The notes under the pieces were generated by a model, which had not been told where the DNA came from, did no database searches, and saw nothing but the letters and a program-made list of their open reading frames with translations. From the NCBI GenBank assembly GCA_977030845.1, contig OZ365112.1, positions 19,406,001-19,470,000 of the forward strand: a DNA stretch of 64,000 nucleotides. The letters are read 5' to 3'. Every line of letters begins with the position of its first letter. Position 1 is the first letter of the stretch. Origin of the DNA: Fimbriosthenelais zetlandica. Taxonomy: Eukaryota. The translations under genes were made by a program, and so were the position numbers. Below, piece after piece: positions 37,618 to 50,300 of this stretch.

Positions 37618-38491
37618 CGGCGAAAATGGGAACTAACGCTCAATGCTAAGTTATTGGTCGTCGCTAGGAATTTTAAGACGGCGTTTGTAGATCTAGGAAA
37701 GCACCTAAATCAGCCAAAATTGAGATCAGTGGGTAGATTTACATGGAGAATCTATTGAATCCAAAAGAACCGACCTAACCTGGCTCTAAACCTGTAATTA
37801 GCATGGCAATAAAGTTGTGACCGATAATAGGGGATTTGGCCGATCAGTCGAACAAGGCTTCGGCCAAAGCCCCTATTATCGATCACAACAATATTGCCAA
37901 GCTGTTTACATGTTTAGAGCCAGATCAGATCAGTTCTTTTTTATGTGATGAATTCATTATGAAGATATACCTACGGATTTCAGTTTTGAGTTATTTTGGT
38001 GCTTTCATAGATCTACAAACGCCCTTTGAAAATTCCAAGCGACGGCTCCATCATTGACTGTTAGTTCCCGCTTATGCCGGAGGTGGGGTATTGGCATGGG
38101 ACAGAAAGTGGCCTTATCTTAGTTCTGTCGTTTGCCGTAGCCTATAGAACTTGAGAGCGCCACCAGACGGTCAACTTTAATATGCTCGTCCGATCCCCGG
38201 AAGTAGCTTGCAAAGCCCCTATTATCGATCACAACAACAAGACTGCTTCATTCTCTGGCTTTAAACTCGTAAGTTCTGTTCGTTTGCATGCGATACTATT
38301 CTTCATGAAAATCCATTGACAGATTTCAGTTTGAGTCATTTTGCTTTTATATTTAGGCATATAACCCCGTCTGAAAATTCCGAGCGGCGCCCCATTGATT
38401 TAGCATTGAGCGTTAGTTCCCGCTTTTGCCAGTGGTGGGGTAATTGTACAGGACAGAAAATGACCTACTCTTAGTTCTTTCGTTTGCCGTA
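37618..38491. repeat. three diverged copies of a ~280-350 bp unit (one inverted, two tandem)
   Basis: 37865-38139 and 38211-38491 are direct copies sharing the identical 27-mer caaagcccctattatcgatcacaacaa (period 346). 37618-37800 is an inverted copy of 37905-38080 (for example gcgtttgtagatcta/tagatctacaaacgc). Confidence 0.75.
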
Positions 38492-41394
38492 TGATCTGGA
38501 GGGCACCACCGTGATAGTAATAATGGCTGGTTCGTGTTTACAACTATATCATCTTACTGTTAGAATGCGATGGTTTCAATAATAAGGTAGGCTACCGGTA
38601 CATGTATCTTGTAATTTAGATTATATGGCACGAACCAAGACGATTCAAAAGTAGGCATAGGCTATTAGTATCCATAAATTTCGTCTTCCGTCAAGCTCTA
38701 TGAGCCAAGAAATCACACCACACTTCAGTAAGGAATTTGTTGCGGATTATCCGTAATTTGTAAAGCTTGTTTTGGGGACAGTATTTTACCGGTTCCTTTA
38801 AGAGACGCAACATTACCCATCGGTGTTAATATAACGTCGTTCCCATACGTATTTGGCCCATTATGATCTTACTCTTAAATATAGAAGATATGAAGAACAA
38901 AAGACAGAAGATGGAATACATAGTGGCATCATATAAGCATTTACTGGAACATCAAAGAAATTTCACATCTGCACACGTTTGCACCTAGATTGATCAAGAG
39001 AGATAGAGATATGGGTGATTAGGTAAGCATTTTCTGCCTTCTGTATTTAGGTAGCCTTGGTGCCGCGTATTAAACCAACAGAGAGCTACTGCACACAGAC
39101 TAGGCATCTTAAGCATATATAGCTAAAGCCACGCATTATAATATATGGTTAATTTGATCTCCTCCACAAGTCTATACGTTCCTTATCCACCGACAGAGTT
39201 AATACATCCAGAAATCTGTGGTGGACACTTTCAACGGCCGACGCACAATCAGAATTGTAAACATCAAATACTATGTAATTATCGATAGTAAGTTTAACAT
39301 TTTCATTCTCCGAGCTCTATCGACACATGTATAGTATATGTGTGTCTTTGTGTGTGTAATCATGTTTGGTCGAACGTCCAGAAAGAGATGGATATAACAC
39401 AAAACGTACAAGATAAATTTGACTACAACATCCGCAGAACATCTAGACATATACAGCTTCTATAGCATGTTATCGATATATAATTGTGCAAGGTCTTTAC
39501 AGATAGTTAGAATTCAATACAGTGCTTCAACATCGTCATCTTTGGTTTCTTCTGTCTGTGGCAGATGGCGATATTTTTGTTATACTTTCGTCAATGATTG
39601 TGTTGTCGCAATACTGGGAGTGCGATTAAATCCATATAATTAGCAATGGCTTGGCTTAAAGAACATATCAATTAAGTGACTCGCAATTATAACCACTGGG
39701 GACCATAATAACTAACTACCTTATCTGAATGGTGCCCGGGGTCTTTTCTATATCTAAGAGGCACAAGGTATTTAAAATCTAGATATTGGGAAGCAGTTCA
39801 TTTGGAAATGGGCAGCGCTGTGGTACATTATCATAATCGCAATGGCCGTTACATTAACACAATTTTTAAAAATAGGACCTTTAACAATTGACGACAGTGC
39901 TGTTTCAGGGTATGTGATATTCAGATATGATAACCACTTACAATTTTAGAAATGATTTCATACATGGGATCAGTTTTATATCCCACGATGAGTTACTTTT
40001 CCTTTTGTATACAGAATACAAATTCTCTCATTTTCATAAACAGAAATGACATTCATGGACAGATTGCTTTGGATTTAGCATTAATTACAGCGAGTCTGTC
40101 CATAGATGATCTTCCGCCTCCATTCCTCAATCGAAAGTGCTTTAATTATGGTAAAGCGTTACTCTAAAATGAGGAGGAGTTATAATGGGTAATATGCTAA
40201 CCATTATCGACTCCCAAGACATACAAACTGCCGCTGGTGTTATCGAAAAAGGAAATACATAGATATATAAATGGCCCATAAGTGTAAAGCGAACTGGGGG
40301 AGACAAATCTAGAGATGTTATAATAATATACTGTTGTAACAAGCAATTTCTGGTACCATGAATTTTATGACAAAAACAGGAGAATGAGCCTGATTTTTAG
40401 AGAAGTAATAGCTGTTATACAAGATTGTAATAGTTTCAAAATTGGCTCTAATTCTCATTATCTGCATGTCATTTTCAAATGGGAAGGTACAATCATTCTT
40501 GGTTTTTCATAGATGATAAGAAGCTTGGTTGGTTTCAGTTTTCTTCTTGTTTCTTTGTTGTCAGTTTCCTTGGATACATTGTTGTCAGGGAATCGGGTGG
40601 TAAAGTATTTTTGGTGGATTGGATAATGAAATGGTCATGGATCATGAAGGGAATATAAGGTTTGACAGGAGGCAACCTCACACGTCTGCTGGGGAGCAGG
40701 TGTCTAGATTGTCACACAATGGCGGGGCTGACGACCAAAACGCCTACTTTATATTCCTATCAACAGACGTAAGGAGGCACCTAGTATCAAACCCATTTTC
40801 TCATAAATCGGTCCGTCCAACACACTCCATTCAAGTTCGCCTCAAGAGATTTAGATATTTTTACAACCATCGCACATACCGCTACATATTGCAGACTGGT
40901 CCTGAACAAGGAGCCAAAATGATGACATGCATCAGAAATCCATCACTTTCTTTCATGTTGACTCAAAGAATTTTACACCTTTTTTACAGACAGCACCATA
41001 GTCTTCACCACGAGCATGCATACATTTTTGATTTTAGTAAAATAAATTCCCGACAGAGCGCCGAACAATTTGATCAAACGTATGATACTGGCAGACTTCA
41101 TTGAAACTAAAAACACAACACCTTGAATACAGTATCAAACAACACAACTTTGTTGCGTACACTAAGAAATGGATTTCTGATATAGTATGTCAACATATTG
41201 CATATATGGACTACACCCTATCACATAGTGAGGATAATGTCTGATCAGACATCAGCATGGGGTGGCAGTAGTTGTTCCACTAACACGCCACCTCATTGTC
41301 CTTTGAAGGTGATTGGCTGTAGCATTATGTCTATGTCACATAGAATCCAAGCACACGTCGTTCAAACCATGAGAAAAATGACCAGGGCTCATCT

Positions 41395-44300
41395 CTAGCT
41401 CTCTTTAAGCTGCGGTTGCTGGTTGAGGTCTCCAACTTCCCCAGAGCCGGTCATGAATTGGTCGATGACTTGTTGCATGGACTCTCGGAGCTCCTCTGGA
41501 CCCTCGTTGTCCTGCTCAATATGGGTATCCTCCGTCACTAACACCTCTTCCTTCCCGTCCCGAATGATCGTCTTTTTGTGGACTTGTTTTTTCATCACCA
41601 ACCTGGAAGAAGCAAAAAATAAACCATAAAAATTGTGTTCCAAAAATTTAGGATGGATAAGATATCAATAACTGACTTAATGTATTCTGAATAAGGCATT
41701 GATTTTATTGAGATGTTCCCCAAGTAATAATGTAAAAGGTGTGTATGCAATAAAAAATGAGGTAATACTTGTAGTATAATGTTATATTTCTTATGTAAAA
41801 TAAGTTAATCTCAGGTAACCTACTAAAGCAAAATCAAAAGAAACGAAACTCTTAAATGGTACCCTTTTGTCTAAAAGAAGATTTAGGAAATCAATACAAG
41901 GATAGGAAAGTAGGTTGAAGTGAAAATTCTCCAAATCCCCATGCATCTTGCCAAATAGAATGAACTTAAAATATCAGGAAAGAATAATCTACTCATTGAA
42001 TGGTACTAAAAACGGGGAAGTATATATCTTTGTTATTCAGCCACCCATCTTCAGAATGTTTAATGTCAAAGAAGGATAATTAGTTGTTTACAGAGTGCTA
42101 AGTTAGTTATCATATCCATGATTGATTCTTTGAGAACAATTCTACATTTTGATATTATTAGTAAAAGGTTAGTGGACTAGGGATGCTGGCAGGGGAATAG
42201 AGATTTTTTGTTGCCTATTTTAAGGATCGAAATATGCGTCACAGCCAGCATTCCTAAAGCTTTGCATAGTGGGTTAGATGACTTAAGCATGCATACTAGG
42301 TCTTTCTTGTCCAACCTGGTAGTCTCCACATCTCCTCCTGCCGCTTCATCTAGCTCACCCTCAACGGTTACGATCTGACCATCACCTAAACAAGTCATGA
42401 AAAAAAGAAAACGGAGAACAATGAGCAAAATATAGTCTCCAGAATTAAAGCTTTCACTAGGGCTGACATCAAAGACTACAGGAGTGACCTCCTCATATAC
42501 CAAAGGATAAAATAGATTAAAATATTGTTCTTCCAGTTCCAAAGTAAGCTATATAATATTTGCACTGGTAACATTTTATGCCGCCAGTGGCAGTATGTGG
42601 TTTTGGATTTGGAAGATACCAAACGTTGGTATTTAAGGAGGTCATCTGGAGCAGTTCCACAAAAAGAAATGAAAGCTTTTATAAATCAGCATAGAGCACA
42701 GCCTATTTCCATGATCTCTACCTCTGGAAATCAGAACAGGACTTGACATAGAATTACAACAATAAACACATGTATGAAGTGCAGGTTAAGATTGAAAAGA
42801 CTTATACCATTAAGACAAAAAAACATCAAACAGGTATTAAGGCACAAGTTTAAATGGTTCTTGGTGTGTCTAAAATGGCATATATGTATGTATACATACT
42901 CTTCACAAACCCTACATATATGAAGAGAATGAGTGAGGATTGCTTGTGTAGCAATACCCCAATGCTTCACATGACAAAGATTGTACTCTGTGGACAGGCA
43001 CTCTCTGTAGACATAACAGACCGAGTCCACTTTCCATTACGTATTCAGTAAATACACATGAAACTAGACAAAAATGTTGTATCGACCAAAACATACTTTT
43101 CACATCCCATATTGATAATTGGATAGTGAAATGTTATCATCCAGAGGTAAGGTTGCTATGTAACTCCACACAGTGAGAAGTGATGATATAATATGAGTTC
43201 ATGTCCATGGATGATGATAGTAGTAGAACAATTGATCCATTAATTGGAAGCAAATTTTCATACCACAAACAGTGGGATAGGATTAACTTGAAATCCGTCC
43301 AGCCGTTTTTTTTATAACTGACTTACACATGGTTCATTCGGGTGGGTCATTGTGTGTGCTCTGTATTCAGAGAGTTTGTGCTTTATGTTAGATTCTCTGG
43401 ACCCATGGTAGGAATGAATCCTCTTCATTATGTTATGCACAGTGACCATGGTATCTTCAGCCAGGTGGCAGGCTCTTATCGATTCACCATGTCCTAACTG
43501 GTTCATCCATTCGCCCTGTGCAATGCGACATAGCGAAGCATATATATTTGCCTTTCCTGTACACATTCATGCAGGCTCTTATTATCATAATGCATTTATC
43601 AGTAGGCCAAAAATAAATAGTTTAAGAAGCCAACAGTATACATGCACAACATAAAAGGGGAGATATTCCACCACAGAGTGTGAAAGTAAAAGAATAGAAG
43701 GGGTGGGGGAAATGAGTAGGGGTTTGGGGAGGGATTGGGATTTATACATCAGATACATTATAACGAGCAGAACTCTGAGGGCGGACTGAATGAACGGTAG
43801 TTCACCGCAAGAAAGCTTGATATCATGTAGCACCTGTGTATGATTGGAGTCCTTCCATGCTGTATTCATCTTCATAGTCCTCATATTGGTCCTCCGAATC
43901 CTTACTTGGGTAGACGAAGGCTGGCCCAGTCTCTTGGGCTGTTGGACAGACAATATACAATGCTTGCAGTTAGAAGCATACTCGTAAAAAGCCAGCAGTA
44001 AGCTGGGGTGGGAAAGACTCACAGCTACTGCAACGTGTCCAGAGATTGCATCGCTTAGTGCTATTATAGCTGACAAGTTTAACATGCCCTCTTTAACATC
44101 CATTGTTCAGTGCTGTAGATGATCCTCTTTCTTTACACATTATCATAGACTGGTCCTTCAACAGGGAGCATTGACTTAGCTGTTAGCAGTAAACTGGACA
44201 ATGTTAGTAAGTTGTTAGAAAAACCAACTCTACACCAAGGATCAATGGAGACGTTGCAGCAAACAGGATGCAAACTGATACAAATAATGATCGGTACATG

Positions 44301-47300
44301 TGACTTAAATTGTTTGCTCTAGATAACGCAAAACATGCAAGGTTATTATTATTAGCTGGCAATTAAAACAAATAGAACTTATCCAAAGATTTTGGCCCAT
44401 CAAGCACTTGGAAGCAATTGGAAAATAAACCAGGGCGTGCATCCATATGGATAATGTGTTTTATGTTTTGTCCTACTGTCATATTCATGTACTTCTAAAA
44501 TTGGGGTATTTCTGAAAATATCGGGAACTGTGTCGAAAAAGATCGCAATATCTTGGCGCTTTGTGGTTTAATAAGATTACACAGTATGTCTTTGATGCAA
44601 ACTGCATCTTTCTCTTTTTTTTTTTCAAAATTCGCAGATGTACCATATTGGGCAGGTATTCCTTCTCTTAATTCGAGATGTTCACTTGTGTCGACCTCCC
44701 GCATTTCATCATCATCAATCGATTCTAGTCGCTTCAGAGGATCCCGATCTGCAAACAAATGTAGCTTAAACCTTAGCCATCTAGAAACTGGTGGAACATT
44801 TTTCCCTTGTCCCAAAATTGCATAAATACATATACAAGCCTTGCATTCTTAAGAGACCGTTTTCACCGAAATTTTGCTTGGTTAATTTCAGTATTTGGTG
44901 GCGAATAAATATGTTATTGCTACTAAAATTCATACTCAAATTAATTATCCAGGATGAATGAGAGGTGACAATACGTGCAGCTTGAATTTAGATGTGTTAT
45001 CCCATTAAAATAATGTTTTGAGAGCTAGAGCGCACAAAAAGTACAATATAATCAACTACCATAACAACACCAAGATACAAAATATAACCGATAACATCCA
45101 AGGTGTAAGAAAGTATAGGTTTCAAAATGAGTAGAAAATGTATGTTCTATGGTACATAGACGCTCGCAGTCTGAGGAGCAAAATGAAAGGTTCAGGGGAC
45201 AATAGCTGTAGGTTGGAGTATATCCTAGCTGTGAATTGATGTCGAAAAATTTGAGTATTATTTCTTTCTTGGCTATATGTTGCATAGGCCATCTATATAC
45301 ATAGAGTAGTTGTCCTTTCCATCATTTCTCAGGTGAATAGACCTCTCATCCTTGAACGAAACCTCCCATGTACATGTATACATGTCGTTGGTACAGGTAA
45401 TTTGCTTGGAATATTAAATATATATCCATGTGTTTCCATTGTATTCCAGATATAGCGTACTTGCAATACATCCTTATGGTCTTAAAGTGTGAATGAAGAA
45501 AAAGATTCACCAGACAAAAAAGGAGACGGAAATCATGTGCATATGTATACATGTAGGCAATCACTTAGTACCATATATTTGTACTAGAAAATTTTGTAGA
45601 CAGCACAGACATTTTGTTTGAATAGAGATGAAACAATGGGAAGGGAAATAATCTACATGAATATTGAACACCATTTCATGACTTCCGAAAAATTGCTCAA
45701 GAAAAGACAATTAAGGACCATGATATATTATGTAGTATATATCACAATGAAGCATCATGCCAATACATAGCGAAATTTGGGACTGGGAAGGAGGGAGTTA
45801 AAACTCAACATCAAAATTGAGTACAACCAAGACAACAGATGAGCAACAGAAATTATTGGTAAAACATATAATAAAGGCGACCACACAGATGAGGAACACT
45901 AACCTACGAATGTGAAAAAGTCAGAAATAAACTTCCCAAGTTGACAACAGGCTTTACAACACAGGAACAAAGCACCATCATCTAACACAACACAGTGGTA
46001 TATTAAAAATAATGGAGGTAACATGAAGGGAATTAAGAAACAGTGATAAGACAGATATATAAATCTAGAGGGAAATGAATTTCCACCTTCTGTGCTGGCC
46101 ATGGCGCCTTCCACGAATGTCTCAGACGGTTGTGTCGGCTCTGGAAGCAAATGAAGAAGGCATGGTGGTAAGTCGGATGTTAATATTCCGGGAGAAACAT
46201 GGTGGTATTAACAGATTTTCAGTGTTTGGCCTTGCCTCACGCAAGGTGTCAGTTACTGCTGTGTTTCTTGCATGCCATCAAGTGTGGCAACCATCAATAA
46301 ATGTTGTAACGTCCCCACCACTTACAGGCCATATAGTTTTAATAAATATTTCAGACGCCAGAAAGAACATTATCCTTTGGAAAAGATAAATTTTATACCC
46401 CGGCCTCACTATTAACTACATTATTTTTATGGAATGGTTAACAATTTTCACTTATAACTTTCAGGATCCTCACTTTTTCATATATTGTTATAATATGACC
46501 AAGATATGTTTTGTAACAGAAAATTACACCAAAATTACACTGGATATACAATATCGAAAGCATTAAGGAAAGGCAACCAATATATATCAAGAGACCACAT
46601 CTAAGGAAGGATCTAAGACATGGTGAAAGACACAAAATCCCACTTAATTTCCAACAAATTTTAGGGTTTCTGTGCGGGCGTGCATGACTGACCCTATTAT
46701 GATAATCAACACATATGAACTCTTCATATATGCATCTAAACATGAAAGGAAAGTGACAGGTGTTACAGCAGACATTGATCTGGATTTCATATTGCACAGG
46801 TGAATATTTATAATGGAGGGTGCTAGAGTAACCACGGAGATCACTTGATTCTAACCTAAACGTTTCCTGAAAAAGATCAAACTTGCAAAATATTAATACA
46901 ACTAAAACAGGATAAATAAGGATGGATAATACAAAAAGAAGGAAAAGAATCACAGCTAATTTAAAATAAAAGAGCCAGGATCAAATCAAATGACAGCAAA
47001 ATATGTTTTGCAGACTAGCCTGCAATGAAAATCTTTGCAATGAAATCAACAAGTGAAATAGAAAGGGCATGCAATGGATGAAGAGCTATAGTAGCACATG
47101 CAACAGACAAACAGTACAGGGTTAGTACTACCTCGACTCGTTAGGGGGCGATCTTGTTGGTCCTGTCGTGGTCCAGGTTCCATGGTGGAGGTGAGGTCGG
47201 GTCCACAGTAGCAAGTCTCAGAATGAGAGGACTCTGAGGAGGGGCTGGACTGGGCAGAAGGGAATGGAGGGGCAGTACGGGGTATGGTACGTGGAGGTGT

Positions 47301-50300
47301 TGAACTATGAGTTCCCATCAGAATAGTCGAGTCACTTTTTGCAGTGCTTGTATGACTGACCCTTGAGTCACTTTCTGATTGTTGGTCTGTGGTTGTTTTT
47401 TTGTATGTTTCACTCAAGTCACTGTCTACTTCCATCTGCTCATGTTCCTCATGTAAACTAAGAGAATGGAGATTTGATTCGTCCTCAGTGCTTTTGAACT
47501 CTAATGACTGTGTGCTATGCACATTTCCTTCAGAATCCACCATTGCTCTCGATATTTCAGTCTCTGTCTGTTGCGAATGAGCATGGTGCACATTAAATTC
47601 CTCTTGTACTGTTGTCGTGATTGAATATTTAGGCCTATCCGTAGTAAGCTCAGACATATCAATAATTGTTTGTTTGTCATATTCGGGAGAATCAACTGAC
47701 ATCCTCATTATATCTTTGTATGCTTCACTCGCACTAGATTTCATAGTACTTTGTGAGAATAGGGAGCTACTTTGGCTCCAAGCCCCAGACTCCATCGACA
47801 GCTCCATTAAGTCAGCATGACGACGGGGCCTGGGGGGATCGAGTTCCCCCGGCCATTCGGCCGATGCTCCCATCTCACCCTCTTCTTCATGTAATGAGTC
47901 ACAATCAAAGCTATCCTTAGAGTCGGACTGTGGAATTGCTGGATCCTCCTCAAGTGAGTCAGCCGACCTGTCCATTAGACATTGTCCACCTGGTTGGGTC
48001 ATCTGACCATCAGCTGGCCTCAAAATGACAGGGGCTGCAGTTGCACGATCTAACTCAAGGGAATCAGCCGAGCGCTCCATAACACCGGCACCCGAGTCAC
48101 TAGATCGCAGCATTCTATCCCCTTCTGCACTTGAGGACATTGTTGGACCATGGGGATCCATTTCAAAAGACTCAGCAGAAATCTGCATTACAGAGTCTTG
48201 ATCCTGAAGGGAGTCAGAATCCAATGCCCCTGATCGACTCTGGGATTCGCTATCTCCTTGTAGTGAATCTGCATCTATTTCATGTGTTGTCTGTTCAGCG
48301 GGGACAATGGATGGTACAATGATGGGCACCATTGCAGTGGCTTGATCTTTTTTATAGAACTCTTCGTCATGTCCATCTAATGAATCGACATCAGCTTCAG
48401 CACCAGTGTCTTCACTGCCATAGTCAATCAGGCCTGTCCTAGTGTGTGATTCACAGGCTGCTGTTCGTATTACCTCTTGTAGTGTTCGAGAGACAAGAAC
48501 CGCTTCTGTTGGAGCTGCAAAAGTCTCAACATTGCGGGAAGCCTCCATGATTATGCGGTCTATATCACGGGCTTCATCAGCATCACCAAGTGAATCTCTG
48601 TCCATATCTTCCTCAGTCTCTTTGACTTGAGGAACTACTTGTTCATCACTTGATACCTCATCACGGGGAATATCGTCCAACTCAACCAACTCCTCTTGTG
48701 ATATGGATTCCTTCTGTGAATGTACATCTGACAAGGACATATCACTTTCACTTCTAAGTTCAGGAACTAGCGCTCCTGACTCCAGCAATGATACTACCCT
48801 TTGGGCTTCTACCTCCAAATCCTCAGTGACATACATTTCTTGCTCTAACATTTCAAACTCTGTGAGTGATGAGTTTGAGGACTTAATGCTGGCATTATCT
48901 AGGCCACACTCTGGATTACTGTCTGATGATGAAGAGAGCCTCCGTTTCTTTTCGGTGTCAGACTCATTCTGGAAGTCTGCTTCAAGTTTCTCAAATTCAT
49001 GTAGTGAACAGACGGATGCATTGTCTACGCTGTTTTTGCCATCAGGTGTAACTGTCACTTTTTCTAAGGAATCAGATTGACCTATGGCACTTTCAATTTG
49101 TTCAAATTCAGCTAATGACGATGAAACTGAAACATCATCCTTTTCAAGACTCCTGCTGTACATTGGTTGTGGTGAATCAAAGTCAACTTTGAAGGATTCA
49201 AGGCTAGTTTTATCACCTATTTCCATTTCCAATCGTTCAAATTCGAGTAGTGATGAGGAGACGGACACATCATCTCTCTCATTGCTTTTATTGAAGAATC
49301 TTCCTCCATGAATGTCTGGAGATGGAGCAGGTATGTCGGGCGAGCTGTAGAGTCGTTCAGAGGATGAGTCAGTAGCAACCACGCCTAGACGCTCTGATGA
49401 GCTTGAGGTGGTCTCTCCACTACTATCCTTCTGGTCACTCTCAGGCTCCTCCTTAACTACCTCCAGTTGTCTTGGCAACCGTGGATATTCCAATCCAGTC
49501 ATCAAATGAAGGACTTCATAGCGGTCATCTTCAGGGGGAGACTGTGACATTCCAAGCACTGCTGCTTCTAGATCAAACATCTCACCTGATGAAGAACTAC
49601 TAAGTTTACTGGCATCTGTGTCTTTATCCCGGACATCGATAGCTATTGCTGCCTCAGGGATATCTTCATGGTATGAGTTTTGCATGTCAGAATGTAAAGA
49701 TGACGTCATGGATGCAACTTCAGCTAATCTATCTTCAAAGCCCTCAAGTGTCTCATGTGTTGGAATTACTGTTGCAAAGCTGTCTACACTGGAAGAATCC
49801 CCTAGATCTTCAGGACTTTGGAGATCAATATTTTCCCTCTGTTTTATGGCTGAATCAAGACTTATAATAGATACCTGACCCTCCCCACTTGAGGACATCT
49901 CACTCCCGGTTTCATCTTGATCTGAGCTCTCTTGGTCATATCTAGTCTGAGTTTCCTCAATTAGTGAGGTACTAACCAGCGCCTCATCAACATCAGGAAC
50001 CACTGTTTGTTTCTCGTCAGATGACTCTCTTATAAAACTCTGTCCTATCTCAGACTTTTCCTCTCCTATCTCAGTCTTTTCCTCTCCTATTTCAGACTTT
50101 TCCTCTGAGTCTAGGTCTACCTGAAATCCTTCAGTTTTCAGACCACTCACGTGAGTGGTCTGTTCTACCCCTAAAAAAGAACCTGTGTCTGATTTTACTG
50201 CCTCTATAACCCCTTGAACAACAGCAGCAGCCATTTCTGAGACCTTGTCTGGGCTTTTCTGCCCTTGATCGTCAGACTCAATTGATTCTTCTTCCTCTTG

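Noticed and set aside
40619-41104. 161-aa plus-strand ORF
   Set aside because: It has a TTG start and no recognisable motif, and lies antisense to the probable 3' UTR of the ankyrin-like gene.
43585-44103. 172-aa ATG-initiated minus-strand ORF as a small membrane-anchored ankyrin first exon
   Set aside because: It is out of frame with the 43938-43834 exon and runs to its own stop. The composition looks intronic.
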